The notes beneath the pieces were generated by a model. That model was not told the origin of the DNA. It ran no database searches and saw nothing but the letters and a program-made list of their open reading frames with translations. Positions 24,001-34,733 of a DNA stretch of 64,000 nucleotides are shown one piece after another. Made by a program: the position numbers and the translations under genes. Origin of the DNA: Vairimorpha necatrix (Eukaryota); the NCBI GenBank assembly GCA_036630325.1, contig CP142727.1, positions 1,178,001 to 1,242,000 of the forward strand. The letters run 5' to 3'. Every line of letters starts with the position of its first letter. The first letter of the stretch is position 1.

Positions 24001-25337
24001 TTGTAAAGATCTACTCTCAACTTCTTCTGATTTAACTTTATGAAGTTTAAGTTATTTGCTTCAACTTGTAGATATGAATCTACAATCCATTGTTGAAATA
24101 ACTTTCCTCCATAAAGCAAAGGGTTGAATCTATCTTTTCTTATGGATATCTGTGCTACTTTGTATTGTAACAAAGATATCTTCTGTGATTCCCCATGATA
24201 AGACTCAATCCTTAAATTTGCATTCCACCCAGCTTCCCCATATGGATAGAACAAAGTATATGTCATGGGATCTAGATGGGGACTTAAAACATCCAAATGT
24301 AAATTATCAGAACTAAGACCCTTGCTATATACTTTAATGTCCCTCTCAAATGGTGGTTCTCCATTTGGATCAGTGAAAATCATTGCGATTTCACTTGTAG
24401 AGGGAGCGTTATATCTTCTCTGATCTCTTTCTAAATTCTTATTAAAGACCATAGAAATGTCTTTAACTTCTTTCCCCATTTCCTTTTGCTCCTTTACTAT
24501 TTCAGACATATTTTTATACGCATTGGAATATGGATTAGCAGATCTTATAAATCCATCTAATTTGCTCATGATATATATATCACAATTTCTATTAGATGGA
24601 TTCGTCATTCTTTGGGCATTTGCCATATCACTATCTACTACATATAATTGAGCATACTTCTTTGGTGTATTAGAGTCCATATTATTTACATTATAAGTGT
24701 TATGATACACTTGACCATGTATTTTAAATACATATGGTCCATTGGATACAGTTTCTATTTGAGCACCAAGAGAAGCAAAAGAAAGAGCAGCATTGTAGGA
24801 CCTAATATTGTCTCTGAAGTTTTTTGCATCTTTATTTTTTCCTATATATAAATTCTTAATGTCATCTGGGAAGTCTCTTGTTCTTTGTAATTTAACTTTC
24901 CCAAAATGACAGCAGCTTTTGTATAATCCATTGCTGCTTGCTTCTCCAGCAAAATGTAATGCACCACAAAAGCCACATTCTTCTTTCAGATCTCCACAAT
25001 AATGTTCGGCATGGTTTCTGCTAGTAATTCTGCATGCTACATCTAGTTTTTCTGTCAAGGTTTCTATTGTTGTGTTGTCTGCTAATCTAGCTGTTTTTTC
25101 TGTGTTGTTTGTTGGATTAAGAATTGTTTTGTTTTCGCCAGAGAAACTGAATATAAAATTCCTTTTTTTTGTTTCACCGACATTTGTTTTTTTATTTTTT
25201 GTGTTATGTACAGAGGCATTGGCCCCATAGAAAATAACATTGTCATTTTCAGTATTACTACATATCTCCTGAGAGATAGTGATAGTTGCTTTTGGTTGTT
25301 CACTAAAATCGCAATTTGTTTGATTTTTCGTAAGCAT
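21033..25337 (-). CDS. Helitron RepHel transposase (Zn-finger-like region, HUH/Y2 Rep nuclease, Pif1-family SF1 helicase), 1434 aa
   Basis: CGFCGALHF...CCHFG; LPSSFQGSPR; PDLFITMTCNPNW; HUH motif EFQKRGLPHAHIL; KYIFKYIYKG; Walker A GPAGSGKT; LLIDEVSM; GGDFRQ; GLLNGTR; RRQFPVVLSYAMTIHKAQGQS; HGQLYVALSRV. TACCCCCATT-ATG start. Confidence 0.97.
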   Translation of the reverse strand: MLTKNQTNCDFSEQPKATITISQEICSNTENDNVIFYGANASVHNTKNKKTNVGETKKRNFIFSFSGENKTILNPTNNTEKTARLADNTTIETLTEKLDVACRITSRNHAEHYCGDLKEECGFCGALHFAGEASSNGLYKSCCHFGKVKLQRTRDFPDDIKNLYIGKNKDAKNFRDNIRSYNAALSFASLGAQIETVSNGPYVFKIHGQVYHNTYNVNNMDSNTPKKYAQLYVVDSDMANAQRMTNPSNRNCDIYIMSKLDGFIRSANPYSNAYKNMSEIVKEQKEMGKEVKDISMVFNKNLERDQRRYNAPSTSEIAMIFTDPNGEPPFERDIKVYSKGLSSDNLHLDVLSPHLDPMTYTLFYPYGEAGWNANLRIESYHGESQKISLLQYKVAQISIRKDRFNPLLYGGKLFQQWIVDSYLQVEANNLNFIKLNQKKLRVDLYKGLVDYVNNGIESNAKPVILPSSFQGSPRNMRERYHDAMSIVRNFGKPDLFITMTCNPNWKEIKENLFEGQTAVDRPDLVAKVFNLKLKSMMEEILSGRVFGEVEAHVYSIEFQKRGLPHAHILIMLKDKIRDEERIDKYVSAEIPSPMDNEMLHNCVTKHMIHGPCGLSNLTSPCMENGVCTKEYPKEYNFETKINNDGYPEYRRIRGTEYNVRGNIVTNANVVPYNAYLLEKYNCHINVEVCTSIKSVKYIFKYIYKGFDCAEMRITDNNEIDHFVNSRYVSAPEATWRLMEYKMHGRSHKIHRLPVHLPQEHLITFEEGKEEEAVRLSDLRQTPLLAYFKLNEVDEEANQFAYSEIPYHYTYKRGEWIRRKNKYSKIITRLYSVSPTEKERFSLRVLLINVKGARSYDDLRTVNGIVYSSFAEAVEERGLLQDDKEWERTLDEAVATESPAIIRALFGYICAFNKPKNTKELFDKYLGDMSEDLDQNSRDEVISRLKDIVNAHGWSLNALGLDEPINYIEKAKTISDNGKDLDQMISSLNAKQRDAFDKITDNIDKKGNLFFLDGPAGSGKTYLYNVLTEYLNKNKKSSIQMATTGIAADLLKDGRTMHSCMKLPVPLTETSVSRLKRNTPEAEKIIKASLLLIDEVSMMSKHALNAIDEVLKRLCNNDDIFGGKTLLLGGDFRQTSTIVMKGTPNDIIENSLISSRLWVHVCVLKLETNMRSYNQLEFNKWLLDIGEGRTRDSKGCVEIPKEYLEEGDIVDSIFGTIKIEAGDDSLFDKIILTSKNEHANELNAKVLNLLNGSSRVYVSSDAIESEDIEEQLRFPLEFLNMQQPSGLPPHKLVLKIGAIVMLLRNIDPKNGLLNGTRLKIKSLRDNYILGEIITGRGRGTLAVIPKIDMMPSDTLLPFVLKRRQFPVVLSYAMTIHKAQGQSFDKVGVYLPEDVFSHGQLYVALSRVKKSENLRVKLGGNGGNVKNVILRELIGP

Positions 25338-27237
25338 AATGGGGGTAAAGGAAAAAAAAAGTATTTATAGTTTTTAAAATTAAAATTCCATTTTGGGAAA
25401 GAAGAAAACAAAAATGAGAAAATGATTTTTTATAAATAGCTTTGATATTAGTCTAAATATTAATTAATTGAGTTTGTTATTCAGTTGATAAATTTCTAAT
25501 GTTTGTAAATCAACTTTATTATGTTTATTTATTTTGATCGTATTGATTTTGATTTTCCATTTCGGAAGGAAGAATTAAAAAGGAGTAATGTGATTTTTAA
25601 AAATTAAGTATATTATCGAATTAACATTGCAGTGGTAAAGTTAATTCAGAAACAAATATAAATTCAATTGAGTTAATTTCACACATTAGCAACCAATTTT
25701 TTAATATTTGTGTCACATTGTTTTTGTTTTCTTTTTCTAAAAGAAATAAATTAAAAAGGAGAAAATCATATTTCTAAAAATTTCAAAAATGATTTATAAA
25801 TAAAATGTAAATATTGAAAGTGGTTGAAAATTGTCTATAAAATACAATTCAAGTATTCAAAATCATTTTTAAATCAAAATTAGCAATTTTATTTTTTTAC
25901 CATTTTTTATATTTTAGGGGTAAAAAATTAAATAAAATTCTTTTATATATATGATTTGTCTAATAAAAATATATATCACATTGGTAAAATTTGTTCAAAG
26001 TTTTTTTAATATAAATATATGCGAATTCAATTTTTCTTTCCACACTATAAATAAAGCAATTTAGGTAAAATTGTAATCTGTTGATTTGATATAAAAGATT
26101 TTGGTTTAGATTTCATGCCTTTCTGTAATTTGCTATAATTTATCATTGGTTTTTTCTCAAATTCGTTCGTTTTAGTATTTTTTGATATACATCCAAGTAT
26201 TAAACATAATTTATATATTTGTTGTACATAATGTATTATTAATTATCTATCTGTATTACACTTAAAAAATTTACTAAATTATTTTTGAATATAAATAATT
26301 TTGAAGAAAACCAATAACCTATACATATATACATATAAAAAACACAATTCGACTCAACTAAACACAATCCATGTGTAAGTAAATTTCATATATTTTTAAT
26401 TTTAATTAAACTACCATTAATATAAGAAAAATGACTTATTTTAGTTATTCGAATTAAAGATTACACAATAAATAAAAGAAAACGGCATTAGACAATTTTT
26501 GAAGCCCCCACTAATTTAAAAGCAAAAAAAATTGCATTGAAAAAATCTATTAAAATGAATTGGATTAGTTTTTTAAGATCAATAACAATAGTAATTACAT
26601 AAATATAGGTTCTAAAATTTTTTTTATACGCTATATAAAAGCTAAAAACTGCAATTTCTCACAAAAAACTGATACATAGTCATAAACTAAGCAAATTTTT
26701 TTTTCAATCTTATACACCAATAAGAGATAAAACCAAACAATTACATCTTTAGTATTGAAATTGAATATATGATTTTGAAAAAACTAAGCGTATAGTATTG
26801 AAAATATGTTTGTCTACCATTCAAACAAAAAAACGAGGTATCAGCAAGAATATGTTCCAAAATTTGGTTGTGTTTTAAACCGAATAGCTTGTATCACATA
26901 GGTAAAGAAAACGTATTTTTACAAAAATTATTTTTAATGTAACGACAAGTAAAAATAGCATCAAAACAATCAAAAATAGAATGATTTTAATTTAATGTCG
27001 ATACTTGGTATATCAATACAAAATTAGAGTCAAAATAACAGAAATATGAAATATATGTTGAAGCTTTACTAAGTTTTTATATTAATAGGTTAAAGATATT
27101 TTAAAAAAAACTAGAGCTCTGAGATGGTTTTTTAGCTTAAGCGCGTAACAAAAAATACTTTATTTTTTGTTATAAATAAAGTCTAATCATAAACTTTTCT
27201 ATATTAATTTTTTTTAATTCAATTTATTTTAAGCTTT

Positions 27238-28283
27238 GACTAAAATCAGCATTAGTGTGAAAAATTAGGGAGCCAAAAGTTTTAAAATCTTACCCTTTTT
27301 TTAAAAAAGAAAGGAATGCTGAGCAATGAAGAGATTGAAGATTTTACGAAAGTCTACTAAACAAGAAATATAAGCCGAAATGTACAATTTGCGGTTGGTA
27401 TATAGCTAAAGCATCAAACGAAACTGCGTATTTAGCTTAAGTATCCCAAATGCAAGCACTGATTTTTCAAATTAGAATAACACTTTAAGATCAAATAGTA
27501 AGATAGATCGTCTGCTTATGTTGAAAATTGTTAATTTGTGGATATTGGGACTTAAAAATAGCGCATATTTCAAGAATTTTGAATTATAATGTACAAAACG
27601 TAAGTTACACTGTGGAAAAATTACATAATTTATAAATTTATGACAACTATTTGAATAATCTAGGACATTAGGAGGCTAAGAAATCATTGTAGAGATAGAA
27701 GAAAGTAAAATGGGTAAGAATAAATATCATGGGGAAGATTAACTTTTGTGGTAACGGCATGGTGAAAAGAACTGAAGAAAAAAAAATAGTTTTCTTGATT
27801 GTAAAAAAAAAGCAGGAAATTATTGCTTGCGATCTTATTCAAGCACGTAAAGTTTAGATCCTTCTTTTATTCTGATATGTGGAAGACATATATAAATTTA
27901 AAGGATTATTTTAGGGACCATGAAATTGTAAAATATAGTCAAACATTTTGAAATAATGAAACGGGTGTCCATACAAACACCTTCGAAGGGGATTGGAGGT
28001 CATTGAAAGCCTCTATACCCATTGGACGTAAGACATATGACCTTGCAGATATATATTTGACTCTCTATATGATTAAGAGGAGTGAGAATCAGAATACCTT
28101 CGAAACATTGTTAAAATTATGTTTTTATTATTTTATCTGTTGAAATCTTATTTCTGCGGCGTTTTTTATACATATCCAGTTTTAGGTTTTTCTGAAGCTT
28201 TCTCTTCCTTTCCTTTTCTTAAAAAATAAATATTTTATTAATTTTGACCCCCTTATTTTTTTACACTAATGCTGATTTTATCC
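27238..28283 (+). mobile_element. Second Merlin transposon copy (same family as 16977-18018), pseudogenised
   Basis: TIRs GACTAAAATCAGCATTAGTGTGAAAA / TTTTACACTAATGCTGATTTTATCC. 8-bp TSD TAAGCTTT / AAAGCTTT (7/8). Motifs IIVEIEESKMGKNKYHG, YSDMWKTY and GVHTNTFEGDW. Confidence 0.92.
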
Positions 28284-28486
28284 AAAGCTTTATTAAAAAT
28301 GACGTATTGTTATGTTTAATTAATAATAATAATTCGTTTATTTATTTATCATTTATCAAATATATAAAACATTATAGTTAGACATATCTAAGTTAAGTGG
28401 TATTTATTTATAAAATATTGATTTGGATATTCAATCCACAACAATTATAAAATATGTATTTATAAGAATATATAAAATTATGATAC

Positions 28487-29302
28487 TTAGTTGAAATTTA
28501 TTGTTCCTAAGGCAGTATTTTCAGTTGGTAAATGTAATGAAGAAATTCTTGAATTAATATTTGAACAATCAATCCATTTGTTTTTACAAAATATTTCTTT
28601 ATCCATATTCGGATTATAAAAGAAATTCGAAAAATGGGAACTATTATAACAAGAATATTTAGGTTCTTGAAGTTTTACATTAAATATATTTTTTAGTTCT
28701 TGATTGATTTTCTGATTCACATGAAAAAATCGTATTACTTGATCTTCATTGGCCTTCTCAAAAGTAAAATATTCGATGCCATACTTCTTTAACATTTTCT
28801 TGATTTTATATGCTTTTTTAATTACAATTTTAATAATTCCTTGATCAAAATCCGGCAGAAATTAAGTAATTATAGATGATTGATAATTAAGAGATTGAGC
28901 CAAATCATCAACTAATGTTAATATATAAGGTCCATTAATATGATTACTGAAATCAATAAAATGACTAATATTATACATTGCTCCATAAAATTGATGAGCA
29001 TTTACATTTGTAAATTTGTATAATCCAGACAAATCACCTTTATATACACGATCGTTACCTGTGGACAAAGAAATTATAAAATCTGACCAAAATTCGTATA
29101 TTGGCTTATCTGAATTCCATCCGTTTTTTTTAACTTCTGAGTTAATAATTTTATTAAAAATATCAATTTTCTTGGCAGATGACCAAAATTCTCTGCATGC
29201 ATTTTCTAATCCATGCTTAGATATTTCTCTTAGATTACAGAATTTTAACTCCTTCTCAAGATCAGATGAGAAAACCTTTAACAGTAAAAATATAAAATAC
29301 AT
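28487..29302 (-). pseudogene. Secreted-protein gene (~271 codons) interrupted by one in-frame TAA
   Basis: AGCCCTT-ATG start and signal-like MYFIFLLLKVFS. ORFs 28862-29302 and 28487-28795 share a frame and read through as IIT*FLPDFDQGIIKIVIKKAYKIKKMLKKYG. Confidence 0.75.
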
Positions 29303-30309
29303 AAGGGCTTTTTATTTTTTTATTAAAATAAACAATTAATTAAATTAATTACAATTTAAAAAATAAACTTTTAAGAAATTCACAGTGTTTATTTTAAGTT
29401 ATGAGTTTATTTATTTTCTAACTTTCTAAGGATTTATCGTTTTTTACAAAGGGATTTCTTTTTATGACCAATAAAGTTTTTTTTTTAATTTATATTTCTG
29501 GAAGGAAAAAATTAAAATAAGAATAATGATTTAAAGAAAAAAATTAGGATACCATCATTATATATTAAAACGTTTTAAAGTGTGTAGTAAAATACGAAGA
29601 AAAAATTAGTGATTTTTGAACTATTTATTTTGTTCATTTGATTTATTTTAGGAGTAAGGTTAATTAATTTTTCATTATTTTTATGACACATTTAATATAC
29701 CCGTATGATGGCGTTTTAAATTATATTGCTGTTTTACACTCAAGGATATAAAAGTTCGGCCTTGCACGCTTCCAGCATATTTATAATATTACATATATTT
29801 TGTTAATCTTTTGGCATTATTTTTTAAGAAAATGCAATATAACATAATTTACGAGGTAAGTATTTTCAAAATTATGACAAGGCTTTTGTAAGTGAACATA
29901 ATTTTTAAATACACGTACATATTTAGTTTTTTCTTTTATTTTGCTCTAGTATGAGACTTGGTACATGTTGCATATGAATTACCACTAGACTTTTGAAAAT
30001 ATATTAAATTAACACTTTCTTGCCTAAACAATAAGAGATTTAATACTAGTATGGACAATGCTGCCTTTTTTCATAACAAACCTACTTTTTTTTAAAAAAC
30101 CTTTTGTGCCACATTAAAAATCATTGCAAAAAAATTGTAGTAAGAATTGAATTTTTGGCAATAATAAAGGCCGCTGCTCTTTCTCGGAATCTTATTTTTA
30201 TTTTAAACCTTCGCCATCATATTCTTAGTTTTTACTGTGCTTATTTTCCTCATGATAAATTTTTAATTTGGCTCTTCACCATCAGTTTCGCGCCGTAAAA
30301 GAGCAATCT

Positions 30310-30560
30310 TTTGACCTATGTTTCATAACAATATATTTAATAAACTTGGAGCAATAGATTTTCATTTGGATTTTAAAACAGAAGCATATATCCAGATAAG
30401 AGTTCTTTAAATGACTTTGAAAAGCATAATTCTTTCAATGAGACATAGGTTGATACTGAACAGTAAGGGGGATTCGAGAGTCTGTGTGAGACTTCAAAAG
30501 GAACTCCAGGAACTGTCAAAGGAGATTGTGAGTGCACCTTGTGAGAAGTAATTAGTAATT
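30310..30560 (+). mobile_element. 3' remnant of a REL-type non-LTR retrotransposon
   Basis: TEAYIQIRVL*MTLKS parallels TEAYIQSRVLKITLES at 48585. Downstream (A/G)CTCC(A/G)GGAACTGTCA is shared with 48712-48727. Confidence 0.6.
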
Positions 30561-31684
30561 AAGATACTATACAATTGAAATGTATTTACACCCATGGCGA
30601 ATTAAAAACATATCGGTTCATTACTTTCGATTGGTTATTGTATAAGAATCTTCTGAATATCTAAACTAGTTAAGTAAATATTCTACAACCCTACTTAGCA
30701 AGTAAAGAAGTTTTTATATTTGTGGTTTTGAGCAGATTACAAATACGATCTAAAAAATTTCTAAATCCATGTTTTTCTTAAATAGTAGTAATTTGCTATC
30801 CATTGACTCGTTTTGTACATTTTTTTGTGCATGTAGATTTTTCATATGATACATCTCTATTTGTGAGTTATCATTAATGACCAATGTTTGTATTTCATTT
30901 TATAAACTCAATGCTAATATTATAAAATTATTCAGTAAAAATGGCTCTTTTTTGGCTCTAAGTTTACTGAAAGTCTAAATTATACTTAATTCATAACTTG
31001 TGCCTGTGTTAAGAACTTTATTGTGTCAGAATCTGAGCTTTACAATACTTATTGACTATTTCTTCAAAATCACCGAGAAACAATAATGTATCATTCCAGA
31101 CATATGTCTTTCTTGAAAAAACACCCCAAGGATTTAATTCCGCCTTCAAATACAGATAAGGCCCCTTAAGCATGTGTGCATTATTATAAATTTTAATCTT
31201 TTTTTCCAATTAGCTTTTGAATTAATAGATTTCATCGGAATGCTTGATCTAATAGAGAAACAGGCAAAAATTCAAAAATCTTGTTCTTCTTTATGCAAGT
31301 AGATTTGATATTGAAAGGGACCAACTATGACATACATTTTCCACCTCAATTAAATTTTCAATGTATAAATTATAGAAGTAGATATTTTCTGTTCCCAAAA
31401 AGAGGTTCCATCCCAATTTAAATCATTACATTCTGGTAAATCGAGTCGCTTTGTTCTATATTTTTTTTTCAAAAGCCGCGTTTTTTAGAATTTTCTTCCA
31501 ATTTCTTCATGTAATTGGCTCAAGAATTTTTTTTGGTTTCTAATAAGCTACCACGATGTAAGTTTATTTTATAATACGTTAAACAAATGATTCTACAGAT
31601 CATGAACATCATTGGTGTTTTTTAACTAAAATGTGAGTTTGGATATATATATAACGAGCAAATGTAGTAAACCCCCAGTTGCCC

Positions 31685-32680
31685 AGTTAAAATCAACGTA
31701 TAAAAGACAACATGTATTCATTTTACGAATTACTCTTTTAAAATTAAAAAGAGATTTAAGGTATATAATACGAATCTCTATCTACATTTTATTGTTATCG
31801 ATAATATAAACGGAAAAACGGTCGGGATATAGATATTGAGAGAATGAAATTTTTTTGTAGATGTAAGTTCCGCAAATTAAACAATTTTCAATTTAAATAA
31901 TAATTTTTTGTAAAGAATAATATTGATCGTTTACTTAGGTAGTAAATGAAAATGCATGGATCTTAGGACTTATATTACTCATATTTTGAAAGTGTTGAGG
32001 TATAAGTACAAAACACATGTTAAATGCCAAAAAGTTATTTAAATTAAAGATCTTATGGGTATTTGAAAGCTTGATAGATAGATGAAAGGAGAGGATATTG
32101 TTTTAGAGATCTACAAGAGTTGAAACAGTTGAAATAAAAATCTTAAGCAAAGTTGAATTGAATTTTTTTCGTATTTTGGTGTGTCAGAAGAATCGAAAAA
32201 AGAGATAGTTTTTGTGATAAAAAAAAGTACATAAGATAAAAAATTTAATCTTGTTAAACAGGTACATTTTAAATCGTCATTTATAAAAGGTTTAGGGCCT
32301 ACAAGCACCAGATATCATTATACTGATCTCAGAACAGGGTAAAGGCTAGACAGATAAGAAAGTTGAAAATTAGTCAATAAAAACACAATGAAGTTAAATT
32401 GGATGCTTTAAGCCTTTTTGACCAATAGGTGTACATGTCCAGTAACAGAAGGGTATTTTACATTATCATAGTATTTAAAATGAACTCGTTCTACATTAGG
32501 TCTTTATAGAAACCATGTTGCATATTAGTATTCTTCGACCCTAATTTTATTTTATTTTCAAATTAAAATTATTTTTAAAAAATTTCGGAATTTTTTTTTG
32601 CATTCACCTTAAGATAAAAGCTGCAATTTTTTTAAATTTTGACCCTTGTTGTTTTTTTACATTAATTTTATCTCAGCTAA
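31685..32680 (+). mobile_element. Highly degraded third Merlin-family copy
   Basis: Residual similarity to 16977-18018: GGAGAGGATATTGTTTTAGAGATC (GGENIIVEID region), AAAAACACAATGAAGTTAAATTGG (HTNTIEGNW region) and right-TIR-like AAATTTTGACCCTTGTTGTTTTTTTACATTAAT. Boundaries are approximate. Confidence 0.5.
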
Positions 32681-33299
32681 AAGTTCACTGGAATTGCGTT
32701 GCAAATTATCATGTTACAATTTTTTTTCGTGTTTTTTCTCTTAAAATTAGTAATATATTTATTGTACTTTGTAAGGTATCAGATGTTTGCCATTGTAACT
32801 TTTAAACTAATAGTATGAAAAAAGAATACTTAAGAGGTAATTTTATGAATACAATCTTTTCGTTATATTTCTTAGCATAACACAATTTCTAGTTATTATT
32901 TTGCAATTCTCTCTACTTCTCTTTTTCCATTATTCTTACAAGTAAATTAGTGATTTAGGTTTAAATTATTAAATACTTTTAGTTTGTAAATCTCTTTCTA
33001 ATTTTATATTTACCCAATAAAATCCATCAAATGTCTCTTTTCATTTTTATAAATCTTTACATGTTTCTAAGATTTTTGCTTATTCGTATGGAAGCTGCAA
33101 TACATTTTGGGATTTTATCGTTTACATAATATATTTATATATAACTACATAAAGGATAAATGTAAAAAACGTAACTTTTATTTAAGGACAATATATCCTT
33201 GTTGTTTATCTTAATAGTTCAAAACTTCTATTCCTTTCAAATAACACATATTATTTCTTTGGCTATTATGGCGGAGGTACATACTTCTACATTAATATG

Positions 33300-33950
33300 A
33301 CAATACATTTAGCCAACAAAAATAGTTATTAGAAACCCAAATGTCTTATTTTTCTAAAGTTCGGTAAACAAGTAACATCTACTTCTTCACTGATGAATTT
33401 TATTTCATTTATAGTAGTAATTTTGTTAAATATTTTTTTAAATTCTTAAGTAGAAAAACTTGATCGTATATAGATTAGTAGGTTAATAATTTCAGTTATC
33501 CATGTATCATGTCTCTTATAAGTTTCTTAGCAAAGGTTTATAGATTTTTCCTTTGTAAGAGGCGGTCGGAAAATCGTATGTATACGAATAATTGAGACTG
33601 AGCTCTTGTAAGGTCGAATTGTGTGATTCATAGCTACCATAACACTTTTAGTACTACTTGGAACAGCAAGCATCGCCTTATCCATTGGCCTTTGCCCCCC
33701 AAAAAATAAATTGTCATTTTTACTTTGTCGCGTCTAAAATTATTCACAGTAGAAATAATAATCGTACTAATAAACAACCTATAGAGATTTAACAGACTAG
33801 TTACATTGGGTTCCTACTTTCATTAGTATTTCCCATGGCCTTTTTGTCTCGCCACATCGTTTATCATATACTTTGGACTGCGTGGATCGTATGTCTTTAT
33901 AAGCCTCAGATAACGTAAAACATAATGTGATTTATAGGGTTAAGTCAATT
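33300..33950 (-). mobile_element. Possible degraded non-LTR retrotransposon C-terminal region
   Basis: Fragments DNLFFGGKG and NEIKFISEEVDVT resemble the QDRNxFxG...C and NEIILIEVGIT segments of microsporidian REL elements. Heavily disrupted. Confidence 0.3.
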
Positions 33951-34733
33951 GATTTTATTATTTTATTATTTCTAAATGAATGGCAGTATTATAAAAAAGT
34001 CACTAGAAAGAGCTTTTTTATAACTTGATAATATTTTAGTATTACAAAATATACCAACATTTACATTATTTCATGGTCAGCAAGTTTACGTTCTAGTCTT
34101 GTAACAGAAGCTTTACTGCATAAAGTTAAATTTTTTGACATAATGACAATCGTGTTTGCACTAAATTATTTTCCCGACATTTATTTCTTAAAAATGATAA
34201 CATGTGGATTTCTTCGAGAATGAAATTTTAGTTCTTTATGTATCAATATTTTTTTGTTTTGACTACAATTCAAAGTTTATTTGGTAAGATCTACTATTTC
34301 AATAAACCTGTCATTTTCTTTTTTTTCTAAATATATGCATTTAATCTTCTTTTTTAATTAACACTTTATAAATATCAGTTTTGAGTATAATTATGGAAGA
34401 AACGGTTTACAAGTTTGCATGAAACATTTCGTTTTTGACTAACATCTATGTTTGCATTTTTTTTTATTTGGCAGCTGCTAACACTAAAAGTCAGAAAATT
34501 TTTAATGTTTAGACCGTGTACAAAATTTTAAAATAAAAATCACAAAATCTAATTTTATTTTTATTAGTTTGTTTATAATTTTTCAATCAATAAAAAAAAT
34601 TTTGACATTTAGTTTACATATGTATATATGATCCAATTTTGACCATAATAACATTTAAAGTCGCAATAAGCAATATATTTTTTTTTTTAATCTAATTTTT
34701 TAAACTATAAAATATTTAAATTGTTTATCCCTA

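Larger units (their letters stand above)
20826..25954 (-). mobile_element. Full-length autonomous Helitron (5129 bp)
   Basis: A|TCATATATATAAAAG... 5' end at 25954. The 3' end is hairpin ACCCGTTCT-A-AGAACGGGT, 9 nt and CTAG|T at 20826. No TSD. Encloses an intact RepHel ORF. Confidence 0.93.

Noticed and set aside
21427-24851. Numerous plus-strand ORFs inside the Helitron, and similar antisense ORFs at 635-1171, 3796, 16079, 29016, 36182, 46039, 52883, 54421 and 58093
   Set aside because: Antisense shadows of real coding frames, with no motifs or start context.
30600-31560. Coding-like decayed sequence including ORF 31018-31209
   Set aside because: Probably a TE or gene relic, but no family could be recognised.
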